Assembly: GCF_001194135.2 (NCBI RefSeq)
Contig: NC_068995.1
Span: forward strand, 6,844,175-6,901,153
Length of the DNA: 56,979 nt
Source of the DNA: Octopus bimaculoides
Taxonomy: Eukaryota
Reading direction: 5' to 3'
The notes beneath the pieces were generated by a model. It saw only the letters and a program-made list of their open reading frames with translations, made no database searches and was not told where the DNA came from. Below are positions 36,522 through 50,916 of this stretch, piece after piece. A program made the translations under genes and the position numbers. Position 1 is the stretch's first letter. Each line of letters opens with the position of its first letter.

Positions 36522-37839
36522 GGTAAATACAAGCTGAAAACAAGCGAAAATACGATGGGTGCCGAAACGTTCCTAGCTATGGGTAAAAGAAAATACAGGA
36601 GGATCGGTTAATTATGATTTTATTAAACATATTCCCCTTTCAGATTCACACACTTATGGCAGCGGTCCTTCAGTTTTCCTAAGCGCTGTAAAAGAACTCG
36701 GAAGGTTGGGCCTCCAACTAGGCTTTTCGCCATGAACTTTTCAGCACTCCTTCGTGTATGAAACCTTTAAAAAAAACATTAACAAAAGGCTATGCTATAA
36801 CTTCCTGCCACTTTCAGGGCGCGATCCATCATTCTAATGCCTATGGTTTGTTTTAAGTTTCCATGAATTAGCAGTTTGGTAAAAATTTACCGATAACGAA
36901 AATTAAAAGTACTATACTATGTATAGGAATCGATTTGATCGAATTAACTTGTCAATGTGATGCCCCAACTTGGCCACAGTCCAATAACTGAAACAAGTAA
37001 AAGAATACATGTGTATGTGTGTCTTTACATATTAATAATAATCATTAGATATTAGGAAAGACTCAAGAGTCGGCACTGTCATGGTATTAGCTGTCAGAAT
37101 TGAAAGTAGAACTGACAAGGAACGTTACTGCTGGTTTGAATTGATTCCTTGGCTACTGACTGGCAGGAGCTATCTATCTGTACATACTACCGAGACAAAA
37201 CGACGGAATCTTTACGAGATCACGAAAACTGCTAGAAATAGCAACCAAATCACCTATCAATTATATATATATANNNNNNNNNNNNNNNNNNNNNNNNNNN
37301 NNNNNNNNNNNNNNNNNNNNNNNNNNNNNNNNNNNNNNNNNNNNNNNNNNNNNNNNNNNNNNNNNNNNNNNNNNNNNNNNNNNNNNNNNNNNNNNNNNNN
37401 NNNNNNNNNNNNNNNNNNNNNNNNNNNNNNNNNNNNNNNNNNNNNNNNNNNNNNNNNNNNNNNNNNNNNNNNNNNNNNNNNNNNNNNNNNNNNNNNNNNN
37501 NNNNNNNNNNNNNNNNNNNNNNNNNNNNNNNNNNNNNNNNNNNNNNNNNNNNNNNNNNNNNNNNNNNNNNNNNNNNNNNNNNNNNNNNNNNNNNNNNNNN
37601 NNNNNNNNNNNNNNNNNNNNNNNNNNNNNNNNNNNNNNNNNNNNNNNNNNNNNNNNNNNNNNNNNNNNNNNNNNNNNNNNNNNNNNNNNNNNNNNNNNNN
37701 NNNNNNNNNNNNNNNNNNNNNNNNNNNNNNNNNNNNNNNNNNNNNNNNNNNNNNNNNNNNNNNNNNNNNNNNNNNNNNNNNNNNNNNNNNNNNNNNNNNN
37801 NNNNNNNNNNNNNNNNNNNNNNNNNNNNNNNNNNNNNNN

Positions 37840-37871
<32 letters not shown>

Positions 37872-38966
37872 GTGTAACCTACATAGTAGATATATAAACA
37901 AGGAAGGCAAATTTAACTTTTCCTCTGTATGCTGAAAGAATAAAAAGAAAACGATGAACAGCTTTAATCGATTTTCGAACCTTATCGAGTCTATGTTTAG
38001 ATGTGTCTACACCGCTTGACTCAATCTGTTTATATATACTCAACAGATCCAATAACAAGAATTTGCAAACCATATACTTTTTAACGTGAAATTCGTATAT
38101 GATCGTAATCTACATCATCTGAAGTATATATGTAGAAAATTTCATTTTAAAATATCCGTTTTTTGTATAAGTTATGAGGAAAGAAAAGCCAGACAGAGGT
38201 GGGGCACTTATATCGATGTCATAGACTGAGATTCGAAACTGTTTATTTCAAACCGAAATTTTAAACAAAATCTTGTTTGGTTTAACGTATAGAACAAATC
38301 ATTTAATTACACAATATAATGGATGCAAGTGTCGTTTAGAGATACTAACCTGTAAAACAAGCTTCCCGCTGTGTTTTAGTAAATATTATGAAAATAAAAA
38401 TGTGATGAAAAACATTTTTGAATTTGCTGCCATGTTCACTAGCGCCACCTGTTATATAAAACAAGCAAGGGGAATAACTCTAACGTGACAAAGGCCTTAG
38501 GCTGAGAGTGATGTGTTGGGTTATTGTTGTTGTTGCTGTTATTGTTGCTTTAGTTGTAATTCACACCCGGTCGATCTTAATCAAGGAAACCGATAATCAA
38601 ATGCATTGGTGTTTATTGATCCAGTGGGTTCGATTAATTTTAAAACTGTAGTGAGTGATCTGAAGGAGAGTTGGCTGCTATTTCTAGTAAATCGAGCGAA
38701 CGAGGAAGGTCCCTCGTTGAATGCAGTGAAAATGAATTGGAAGAATCGGTTAAGCTTCGAACTCTTTTACTTGTTTCAGTCATTTGACTGCGGCCATGCT
38801 GGAGCACCGCCTTTAGTCGAGCAAATCGACCCCAGGACTTATTCTTTGTAAGCCTAGTACTTATTCTATCGGTCTGTTTTGCCGAACCACTAAGTTACAG
38901 GGACGTAAACACACCAGCATAGGTTGTCAAGCGATGTTGGAGGGACAAACACAGACACACAAACAT

Positions 38967-39012
<46 letters not shown>

Positions 39013-39345
39013 GGCACCTGCTGGATTTCACATAATNNNNNNNNNNNNNNNNNNNNNNNNNNNNNNNNNNNNNNNNNNNNNNNNNNNNNNNNNNNNNNNN
39101 NNNNNNNNNNNNNNNNNNNNNNNNNNNNNNNNNNNNNNNNNNNNNNNNNNNNNNNNNNNNNNNNNNNNNNNNNNNNNNNNNNNNNNNNNNNNNNNNNNNN
39201 NNNNNNNNNNNNNNNNNNNNNNNNNNNNNNNNNNNNNNNNNNNNNNNNNNNNNNNNNNNNNNNNNNNNNNNNNNNNNNNNNNNNNNNNNNNNNNNNNNNN
39301 NNNNNNNNNNNNNNNNNNNNNNNNNNNNNNNNNNNNNNNNNNNNA

Positions 39346-39627
39346 TCTGAAATAAACTCAACTGCTCTCTCAAATGAGAATACTAAAAATGAACCTGACC
39401 ACTCTCAAAAATTAAGTAAAACAAAACGGAGAATAATCCACAATCCTTGTCTGGTACCAGATCAATCCGAAAATGTAATCAGTTCATGCTAGTCATGAGG
39501 CCAAACATCCCTGAAAGTTTCATCTGAATCCATCCAGCAGTTCTTGAGATATCTTGTCCATGGACAAACAAACAAACAAATATAACTGAAAACAATACCC
39601 CTGCCTTCACTAAGGCAGAGGTAAAAA
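39346..39627 (-). mobile_element. Second copy of the HINE-like element (3' part lost in the gap)
   Basis: Reverse-complement similarity to 13095-13370. Confidence 0.55.
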
Positions 39628-42205
39628 TGATAAAAAGAAATATACAGTACAGTACTGTTTCTACTTCGAGGATTTTCACCTATCGCAGAGGGTTTTGGAA
39701 TGTAACACCTGCGATAGTTGAGGGATTACTGTATTATGCAATGAGTTATCGAATAAATTTATAATTCAGAGAAAAATATTAAAAAGTGGTAATTTTTAAA
39801 ATAACAAAAAGAAAAGCATTTTTTAAAAGTTAATTTTTATTTTTATAAAGAATTCAAATATATTTTTTTTAACTCATAAAACTTTTACAAAAAAATAACA
39901 TTCCAAAATCGTAAGACGTGTCATGCAGTTTTTTTTAGTTTTTTTTTTCGCACTTTTTGTATACTTTTATTGTTGTTCTTGATGGATTTATTGTTCCAAA
40001 CTTCAGCATTTTCTTCAACTTTTTATAAACCAAAAATAGAGCATGATCAGGAATTTAAAGGAGTGAGGGGGACGAGAGGAGGAGGAGGAGAGAAGGGGAA
40101 TCAAACAAGAGAGAGAGAGAGAGGGAGAAGACAAACAAAAGAGACAAGTGAGAGAGGAAGAAGAGAGAGATAAACAAGAGAGTGAAAGAGAGAGAGAAGC
40201 AGGAGACAGAGACAAAAGAAAGAAAGAGATTGAGACGCGGAGGGAGGGAGGGAGAGAGAGAGAGTTTGTTGGCGTTCAATATTCTTCAGGAGAGAATGGA
40301 AGACATAAATCTCAAGAAAGACACAGACTTTCAGATTATTTTTCTCTTTGAATTTGTCTCTTAATGTCTATATAGGTATTAACTACATCAGAGACACTAC
40401 AGTTTTTTAAGTGGAAATTCAGCATAAATTTCATAAATATAGATAGAACTGCAAAGTTGTATTTGCAAATATATTTATTTAGAAATGAAATTTACAGGAA
40501 AAGTAAAGAAAACTCAATACCTTTCTGAGAGTAAAACCATTGCATATATTACCTCGGGCTATATTATATCAAGTGTGAGGATTGTCTCTGGGCTTGAAAA
40601 TCTGAATAATGAAATATATAATGATAAGAACTAATATCTATCAATCAGTCTGTCCATCCATCTGTCTCTCTTACCTATCTAGTAATACACACACATGTAT
40701 ATATTTATATATACACACACATATATATATAGATTTGTACACACACACGCGTATATGTGTTTAGGAAAGGATATGCTTAGTGTAAGGCAGGTTTACCATT
40801 CAGGTTTCAGCTCTGAAGAGGTGTATCGTTGGATCGCATTTAAAGTGTGACATAATTTCTTACCGAATACTGAAACATATAAAGGAATACCAAGTTCAAG
40901 CCCATGTTCTTTTCTCTCATTTTACACACACACACACACAACCAGTGTTGGTTTGTTTACGTCCCCATAGTGACAATTAGAATAAGTATTTTCAAACTCT
41001 TGAAGGCAGAGCCCCAGCATGGCCGCAGTCCACTGAGTGAAAGATAAGGACAACAGCTCTGAGAAACCAGTTCCAAGCAATGATTCTCAACCTCATCGAA
41101 GACTTGCTCTGAGTTACCTCCCTTCAAAGAACACTACCTTCGTAGACCGCATCCCAACATGACCAGCCTTACAATTTCACCGACAGACTTTAATATCTTC
41201 TGCCATCTTTTACAATACTGCCTGAACGATTACAACCAATGGCCCTTGTATGTCTGGTGAAAGTGAGTGAGGATTGGGCTGTTTAATTTTAAGAAGTTTG
41301 CTTCACAATCATAAGGTGCCACATTCAATTCTAGTATGAGAAGGCAAGTGTCTTCTACCACAGCCCCAGATTGACAAGTGCCACATGTGAAGAATTTGGT
41401 AGATATCACATGCACGTGTGTGTGTGTGTAAATGTATATGTATATATGTTGGTGTATTTGAGCTTATGTTCATGTAAATTTACTGTGTAAAACACACACA
41501 CATATTTGTATGTATGTGTGGTTGATGTGTGGCTGGGTGGTAAGAACTCTACTTCCAAACCACATGGTTCTGGGTTTGGTTCCACTGCATGGCACCTTGG
41601 ACGAGTGTTATCTGCTATAGCCTCGAGCTGACCAAAGCCTTGCAACTGGATCTGGCAGACAGACACCGAAAGAAGCCCATCATATAAACATATGTGTGTA
41701 TGTATATGTGATAGTGAGTGTGTGTGTGTGTGTGTGACTGTACACATGTCTCCTGGTCATGACATCATGTGACAGTTGTAATAATAATCTTTTCTACTAA
41801 AGGCACAAGGCCTGAAATTTTAGGGAAGGGAAATAGTCGATTCCATCGACCCCAATACTCAGCTGGTACTTATTTTATCGACTCCAAAAGGATGAAAGGC
41901 AAAGTCCACCTTGGTGGAATTTGAATTCAGAATGGAGCAACGGGTAAAATACCACTAAGCTTTTTGCCCAGAATGCTGATGATTCTGCAAGCTCACCATA
42001 CCAAGATGATAATATTGATAATAATCATCATCATCATCATCATCGTTTAACGTCCGCTTTCCATGCTAGCATGGGTTGGACGATTTGACTGAGGACTGGT
42101 GAAACCGGATGGCAACACCAGGCTCCAGTCTGATTTGGCAGAGTTTCTACAGCTGGATGCCCTTCCTAACGCCAACCACTCAGAGAGTGTAGTGGGTGCT
42201 TTTAC

Positions 42206-42251
<46 letters not shown>

Positions 42252-44169
42252 CAACAAAAACATTACTAACAATAACACAAATAATAACAATAATAATATA
42301 AATAACAATAAGTATTAAATTATGTCATTAAATTCATTGCTGTTTGAGTGTTTTTAATTTTCAGTATTTGGATTTTGTTTGCCAAAATTTAACAATAACA
42401 GGTCATGGCTGACTAAAGAAATTTTAAATTAATTTGGATTTAAATCAGGTTTACTTTATGTTAAAACAGATGAGGAGTATTTCTTGTCCTAGACAGAGTG
42501 TCAAACAATCCCAGAAAAGTTTGGTGTCTGTTTTCAATCTCAGCGGAATTTGAACTCATAACATAGTGACAGGCAAAATATAGCTAAGCATTTAGCCCAA
42601 CATGCTAATGATTCTGCCAGCTCACCATCTTAACAATAATAATAATAATAATCCTTTCTACTGGAATCACAAGGCTTCAAATTTGAGGGGAGGGGGCCAG
42701 TCTATTAGACTGACCCCAGTACGCAACTGGTACTTAATTTATCAATCCCCGAAAGGATGAAAGGCGAAGTTGACCTCAGTGAAATTTGAACTCAGAAGGG
42801 GAAAATACTGGTAAGCATTTTGCCTAGCATGCTAATGATACCGCAAACTCACTGCCTCAGATATGATAATAATAATAATAATAATAATAATCCTTTCTAC
42901 TATAGGCACCAGATCTGAAATTTCAGGAGAGGGGGATAGTCAATTACATAGACCCCAGTGTCTGACTGGTACTTATGTTATTGACTCCAAAAGGATGAAA
43001 GGCTAAGTCAAGCTAGGCAGAATTTGAAAACAGAATGTTAAGAGCCAGGAGAAATACTACTGAGCATTTTGTCTGGCATGCTAATGCTTCCAGCAGCTAA
43101 CGATTAATTAATTACAAAGAGAAAAAAACATCGTTAATTCAATGAATTTTTTTTTTTTTTTAGTGCACAACATCCTAGCACCATGTGTCCCATAAGTCTG
43201 TGATAAATTTAGCAGTCGTTTGCATGTTAAATGCTGCTTTACTTTTGGTACATATTCTGTCACTACGCCACCCAACCACCCACCCACTTCTACAACATCA
43301 TGGCAAGATGGAGAAAGAAGGAAGAAAGTCTTAATTCTTGAAGGACTTTGGGTGTAGAATACCAAGAGTTTAAAACCAATTAGATTCATGATATTCCAGT
43401 CTGAGAGTTTACCATTTTACCAATTCACTACCAAAGCAAAATGAGCAATTCTTTTTTTTTTTGTTTTTTTTGTTTTCAAAAAAANNNNNNNNNNNNNNNN
43501 NNNNNNNNNNNNNNNNNNNNNNNNNNNNNNNNNNNNNNNNNNNNNNNNNNNNNNNNNNNNNNNNNNNNNNNNNNNNNNNNNNNNNNNNNNNNNNNNNNNN
43601 NNNNNNNNNNNNNNNNNNNNNNNNNNNNNNNNNNNNNNNNNNNNNNNNNNNNNNNNNNNNNNNNNNNNNNNNNNNNNNNNNNNNNNNNNNNNNNNNNNNN
43701 NNNNNNNNNNNNNNNNNNNNNNNNNNNNNNNNNNNNNNNNNNNNNNNNNNNNNNNNNNNNNNNNNNNNNNNNNNNNNNNNNNNNNNNNNNNNNNNNNNNN
43801 NNNNNNNNNNNNNNNNNNNNNNNNNNNNNNNNNNNNNNNNNNNNNNNNNNNNNNNNNNNNNNNNNNNNNNNNNNNNNNNNNNNNNNNNNNNNNNNNNNNN
43901 NNNNNNNNNNNNNNNNNNNNNNNNNNNNNNNNNNNNNNNNNNNNNNNNNNNNNNNNNNNNNNNNNNNNNNNNNNNNNNNNNNNNNNNNNNNNNNNNNNNN
44001 NNNNNNNNNNNNNNNNNNNNNNNNNNNNNNNNNNNNNNNNNNNNNNNNNNNNNNNNNNNNNNNNNNNNNNNNNNNNNNNNNNNNNNNNNNNNNNNNNNNN
44101 NNNNNNNNNNNNNNNAGTACTGTGCACAGTAAAGTATTTATAATAACACAGGTACCTACTGTTTTATAT

Positions 44170-44485
44170 TTATTTTATTTATGCGCCCTTCTAAAGCCTA
44201 GCCAGGCTCATGGGTCCGGTTTCCCAGTTTCTATGGCATATGTGTTTCCCCCAGCTGGACGGGACGCCAGTCCATTGCAGCGTTACTCAAGAAACAGGAA
44301 GAAAGAGTGAGAGAAAGTTGGGGCGAAAGAGTACAACAGGGGTCACCACCACCCCCTGCCGGAGCCTCGTGGAGCTTTAGGTGTTTTCGCTCAATAAACA
44401 CTCATAACGCCCGGTCTGGGAATCGAAACCGCGATCCCCCAACCGCGAGTCCGCTGCCCTAACCACTGGGTCATTGCGCCTCCAC
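44170..44485 (-). mobile_element. tRNA-derived SINE with the same head and body as 28759 but a different tail
   Basis: Reverse complement begins GTGGAGGCGCAATGACCCAGTGGTTAGGGCAGCGGACTCGCGG...; tail GACTGGCGTCCCGTCCAGC...AGAAACTGGGAAACCGG...(TAAA)n. Confidence 0.75.
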
Positions 44486-46514
44486 TACACAGGTACCAAT
44501 ATTTCATTTAATTATCCAAGTAAATTTAATATTTGCTTGACTTGCAAATTTACAAGGAACTTCAGACTCCGGTGGTCACCAGACTAGTTTATTGGCACCA
44601 TGCACAAATTAGTACCTTGCACAGTACCGTATTAATAAACTTGTATCATTTATATTAATGTACTTCATTTCATTAAATTATCTAAGCAGTTTTAATATTT
44701 GTTTAATTTGGAGTATGTTGACCAATGTGATCCATCCCTGGTTCGGTAAAAATGAGTAATCGAGAATGACTTTGGAACGGTAAGTTCTGGAAATTCGATG
44801 TTGTGCTTGTAATACTGTCAAGAGACCATAATACTTAAATTGATAAATAAAATAACAGAATAAAGAAGAAAGAGAGCAGAGAATGAATATGAAAATGTAA
44901 TTAGATGAGGGATTGCAAAGAAAAAGAATGGACTGAAGGAAAATGTTCTAACCACTGATGCAAAATAAATATGGACTTAACATTGTGGTATGTTTTAATC
45001 TAGATATTAAAAAATATTGGTTTCAAATTTCGGCACAAGGCCAGCAATTTCAGGGACGACCCCCAGTGTTCAACTGATACTTATTTAATTGATCCTGAAA
45101 GGATGAAATGTAAGGCTGACCCTAGCGGTATTTGAACTCAGAACGTCAAGTTGGAAGAAATGCCGCTAAGCCTTGACCAAAGTGAGTTATGATCTGTGGT
45201 ACTCTGACTGTCTTTGTAAGAGTATCTAGGACTAGGTTTTCTAACAAGTCTTTTCTCTATATAAGGGAGTAGGGAGCCATTTGAAGGAGATTTAGCTGCT
45301 GTTTCTAATAGGTCAAACAACCACATAAGGGCTTTTTTCGTTGATTCTGGAGTATAGAAGAACTGGAGTGGAATTCGAAGTAGTTGGTGTACATGAATAA
45401 TGAGTGTGAGGTGGAGGGGTAGAGTGAAGGGAAAGGAAAGAAAGAAAGAAAGGAAGAAAACTTTAAAAACGGAGGAGAAAATGTGGAAGATTTTGAGAGA
45501 TTTGTAATCTTAGATTGAAAAAGGTGATATGGAAAAATAATACTTTCTTTTGACTAGGCACAACTGTTTTATATATTAAGTAGATGGGAAGTTGTGATGT
45601 TTATACATTTCTGAGGACATTGAGAAATTGTAAATGAAGTGAAACCTTTTGAACTGGGAATTGAACTTACACTACACACCTCATAGCTCACCAGAAATTG
45701 ATCTCTTACTCTGTAAGAACTGGGTATATAAATAACACAGCATATTTAATAACTTAAATTATGCACAGGTATATTAAACACACCCCATATTCAGCATCAG
45801 GGACAAAATTAGCTTCTGGGGTGGGGAACTTCCCATAAAGGACCTGGGGTGATTTTTTTTGAGGCACTTTCTATTTCAGAAATGGCATTTTCATGCCCTT
45901 ACATTTGGTTATAATAATGGTCAGCATAATATATCAACCAGTTTAACATTTTGGTTGATGTATTGTCTTTAACAGGTCTTCAGGAATGACCGGCAAAATT
46001 GATCTCGGCAAAGATTCGAACTCAGAATGCTAGAGAGATGAAACGCTACACTTTCTGCTGCCCCACCATCTCACTCATAGTGAAAATAATAATAATAATA
46101 ATAATAATGCTACTAAGCATTTTGTCCAGCATAGGTAACAATTCTGCCAGCTAGCTTCTATTATAATAATAATCATCATCATCATCATCGTTTAACATCC
46201 GCTTTCCATGCTGGCATGGGTTGGACGATTTGACTGGGTACTGGCGAATCAGATGGCTACACCAGACTCCAATTTGATCTGACAGAGTTTCTACAGCTAG
46301 ATGCCCTTCCTAACGCCAACCACTCCGAGAGTGTAGTGGGTGCTTTTTACATACCACCGGCACGAGGGCCAGTCTGGCGGTACTAATAACCTTTCGGGTT
46401 CGAAGAAATGAATACCAGTGGAGCACTGGGGGCAATGTAATCAACCATCCCCTTCCCCCCCAAATTTCAAGCCTTGTGCCTACAGTAGAAAGGATTATTA
46501 TTATTATTATTATT

Positions 46515-46743
46515 GAGTGAGAGAGCAGTGTACGCCATCAAAGTGACATTGGGGTAAAATATACAAAGCCCATTATACCCATCATGACTACCCGTCTGAT
46601 AAGGGCACACCAGGCACATGCATCACAACCATATGTGCGTGACATGGTGGTCTCATATCAAGATAAACAGCGCATGACCTCGCAGGTGGGGCCCAGTTAG
46701 TATTTTCTTCATGTCGAGTAGCCCATCCCACTCAAAAGGTCCC
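46515..46743 (+). mobile_element. Probable LINE 3' fragment embedded in (TTA)n; shorter copy at about 12760-12840
   Basis: Flanked by (TTA)n on both sides; shared end GAGTAGCCCATCCC.CTCAAAAGGTCCCT. Confidence 0.45.
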
Positions 46744-47327
46744 TTATTATTATTATTATTGTAGAAATGAAAAGGAAAAGAAGGAAGATGAAAAAGACAA
46801 AGGAGATAATTAAGATGGTAGCGGTAGTGGTGAAAATGATGATACTAAAATTGCGGTTTCTAAGATAAAGATTACAAATTCTTGGAGAGAAAAACATTGA
46901 GTTCAATATTTGATGGTTACCATTTTTATCAACTCTTTCAGAGTTGAAGTCAAGGCTAGACAGGGTTTTAATTCACAATTTAACAATACTGTAACGATAT
47001 GTCCTGAAATGAACAGAACCTGTGTGGTGCAATGTTCTGTTTAATGATATTTACAATCTTAACGAGAATAATAACGAACGCTTTTTTTTTTGTTTTTTCC
47101 GATGCAGAAACAAAACCCAGAATTTGTGGAGCTCAGATACAAAGTCAATGCAGTTAAGGACCCCTTCCGCTTCCCCCAACCCCCAGTATTTTACTGGTAG
47201 TTTGTTTTACTGACTCCTTCCTCCGAGTAAAGGAGTATGGTCCTGGGAATTGAACTCTGATATGATGCAACCAAGCATTGCAGTGTATTTTCTTAGTTCA
47301 ACGGTCTGCCGGTTCTGAAATTTACTG

Positions 47328-47645
47328 ATGTCATGGTGATGATGATGATGATGATGATGATGTTGCTGGTGACAACGATGATTATAATGATGGTGGTGGT
47401 GGTGATGATTGATGTTGGTGGTGGTGGTGATGGAGGTGGTCTTGGTGGTGGTGGTGGTGGTGGCAGTAGTGATGATGATTATGGTGGTGGGGGTGGTGAT
47501 GGTGGTGTGCTGATGATGATTGATGGTGGTAGTGGTGATGATTATGATGGTGGTGGGGATGATTATGATGGTGGTGGTGGTGGAGATTATGATGAGGAGG
47601 ATGAAGATAATGATGATGAAAAAGATGATGATGATGATAATAATG
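47328..47645. repeat. (GAT/GGT)n compound trinucleotide microsatellite
   Basis: Direct inspection. Confidence 0.85.
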
Positions 47646-50600
47646 ATTTCAGCAGTTTCTAAAGTTACAATAACAAAATAGTTTCGTTAAAACAAGAAAA
47701 AGGAACAAAGAAAACAAAATTAGCACATAATTAAGAATAGATTGCTTTTTTTTGTTTTGTTTTGTTATCTATATATTTTTGTTTTGTTTTCTTTGCCTTA
47801 CTCAAGGTTATCTTCTTTGATTTCTGGCTTAGACTTATTTTCTCCATGGTTCTGTGTTGTGTTGTTACCAAAATAAACACCACGGTCATCTGGAAAAAAA
47901 AAGCAAGAGACACACAAATGATGTCAGATAACAATTACTGAAGAATATATATTCCGAGACTGGTTTCAAATTTTGGCACAAGGTCAGTTTTTTCAAAGGG
48001 AGGAATTAAGTCAAGTACATCGACCCCAGTACTCATTTTATCAACCCTGAAAGGATGAAAGGCAAAGTCAACCTCGATGTAATTATCCCTAGATTGCCGT
48101 TGTATTTTGGGAGGGGTCAGTAAGCCAATAATAAACACATGCACTGGTTCAGTTTCACATCTATAATAATAAATGTGGATTTCTGTCTACCCGTCTGTCC
48201 ATCCAGGACCCCTGTATATTTGCTCTAGACATATTATCCCCTTTTGGAATCAGGATGATCCCGGAAATGAAAATCTGCCCTTAATTTGGTTCTTGAACAT
48301 CCAGCATTGGGATCAGGTCTGGGTGAGGATTCATTACAAGCTAACAGTTGAAGATTCAAATTTTAAAAGAACTCCCAAAATTTGTGAACTTACAAGTTTT
48401 ACATTTACATTTATATATACATGTACCATATGAAGTGCGAATAAATGCTCACTGTACATACATGTATGGATACAGAGACACAATGCATGAGGTGTATAAT
48501 ATTTATATATATATATATATATATATATGATAGTATGGTTATTTGTACAGAAATGCAGATACAAACATTTGCTGCGTACATATGTGTGTATATTGTTTGT
48601 GTATGCACACAACTAGGGATATATAAATGAATAATTTATCAAATTAAATTTATCAACATGAGCCAATGAGTCATAAACAGCAACAAAATCTAACCCAACA
48701 CCAAACACACAGGATACTGTTGTCCTTGTAAAATATAATTCCTGCTCTTCTGAAATTGCCTGCTTCATAAAAATCTTTGCGTTTGTTAGCATTTCCTTTC
48801 CATCTCAACTCCATCTTCCTGTGTTGTCTGTCTCAGAATGACTGCTATCAATCATAGCTTCTTGTTCCCTTACCCCAGCATCAGAGTTCTTGCAGAAGGT
48901 CATGGTGGGGATCAGCAGGGATGACTTACTCCTTTTCATCATCATCCAGTGTTTTAAATCCAGGTTTTGTCTCCGTTAACAGGGGTAGCCAAATCTACTT
49001 CAAAGCCATAGCAACCGAGGTAGGCAGGTGCAGTCCACCCCAACCTTTGGGCTGGCTGGTGCCCATTCTCCTTTGCTATCATGAGGCTTTTTCATAGCTG
49101 GATTTTCTACGGGGAGCATGCCCTTGCTTACCCCCAACCTCAGTTTCTAGACATGAGTGGTCCTGAGACCAAGGCCTCTACCACGATGTTTAGGAAATCT
49201 GGTGGAAAACTAGCACAGGAAGGCAGGGACACTACTCCCTGAGACCTCTTTCGGAGCCTCCCTACCCACACTCCTTTTGAGAAAGTAAAAAAAAAAAACA
49301 AAAAAAAAACCTCAAAGACAGAAAAAGAAGATAATTTACCTGTATGATGTTTAGGGAGTCTGCTTGGAGTTCGTTCCTCGAGTGTGTTGACAGTGATCCA
49401 AGGGTTCATAGTCGGATTGTCAGGATGTAAATGAGACGTGGAGACTGTTTTAGTGGCAAGGTAATCATGGAATAGCAGTGACTGAGTCAAGTGTTCTTGT
49501 TCTCTGCGTTCTAGCATGATGCTGGCCTCATCAATCAGCTATAAGAGAATAGTGTGAAGCTATAGCATGTCTTAGAATTGTTTCACTGTGGTTGTTGCTG
49601 TAAATAGGTCAGTCCTGGCTAAGAAAATGAGTGTCACCAGACAAAAAAAATGGATAATTAAAATAATTATAATTAACTTTTTGGCTCTAAAAGGATTCTA
49701 TCCTAAGTATGCTGCTCTGCCAGTATCTACGCAAGGAAAAATATATCCTTCTGCTTGTTCTACAATATATTTCAACGCTTCAAAAACAAACTTATGCTTG
49801 TTTACATATGAAGCCATCTATAAGACATCTAGCATTTCTGGATGACTTTATAACTTCTAAAAAATTGCAGAAGAATTTGTCGGTCAGCAGTTTAGCTTAA
49901 AGGTAGAGCACTCTGACCGGATATAAGAGGGATGTGAGTTTGATCCTTATGGCTGGTTGCTGACAAACTTTTCAGCTCTAAAAGGATCTTATCCTATATA
50001 TGCTGCTCTGTCAGAATTTATGTGTTGAAAAATATATCTTTCTACTTGTATAATTAAACTTAAACATACACACACTGATGAGGAGCTTACATGAGTTTGC
50101 ATTCATTTGTGATGTTCTTGTTTACTTCCCAATGACATGGTTTCAGGTTCAATCTTACTGCATGGCACCATGAGCAAGTGCCTTCTACTATAGCCCTGAG
50201 CCGACCAAAGTCTTGTGAGTGGATTTAGTAGACGGAAACTGGAAGAAGCCAGTTATGTATATGTATGTGTGTGTGCGTGAATATATGTGTGTGTATATAT
50301 GTGTGTGAATATATATATATATGTATATATGTGTGTATGTCTGTGTGTATATATGTATGTATATATGTGTGCGTATATGTGTGTGCATATGTGTGCATGC
50401 GTGTGCACGTCTCCTCTTGACCTTGCATGACTCGTAAATGAATGGCGTTCATTTCTAGTATCCAGCAAAATATATCTGGCCATGGGGACATATTGCCTTG
50501 CTTGATTGGAAACAGGTAAGGGTTGGGGACAGGAAGGGTACCCTGCCATAGAAAACTTGCATGTAAGCATGGAAAAATGGACATCAAAACGAAGAAAGGA

Positions 50601-50916
50601 GACAGGCTAAGAAGTGGTGGAACCTTCTCTGATACGGGAAGAAGCTCATGAAAGAGATGACACGATGCTGTGATGAAGAAGGGCCATTCAGCCCATGTGA
50701 ACATGGAAAGAAAAAGAAGTAAAATGGTGGTGGTGGTGATGGTGGGGGTGGTGGTGGAGGTGGTGCTGGTGATGCATATATGTCTCTATGTGCACTGGTA
50801 TGGACTGGTGTGTTATGTTACATCCTTCTTCATCAAAAGGTAACTTTGTCATTCAATAAACAGTGATTGATAAAATAAATATTGGTTCAGGTATGATTGA
50901 TTGATTGATTGATTGA

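Noticed and set aside
47333-47662. 109-aa Gly/Asp-rich ORF
   Set aside because: Pure (GAT/GGT)n microsatellite with no splice or start context linking it to a gene
48700-49517. Possible transposase or reverse-transcriptase remnant (ORF 49140-49517 and KDFYEAG fragment)
   Set aside because: No recognisable catalytic motif and multiple stops; kept only as a repeat fragment
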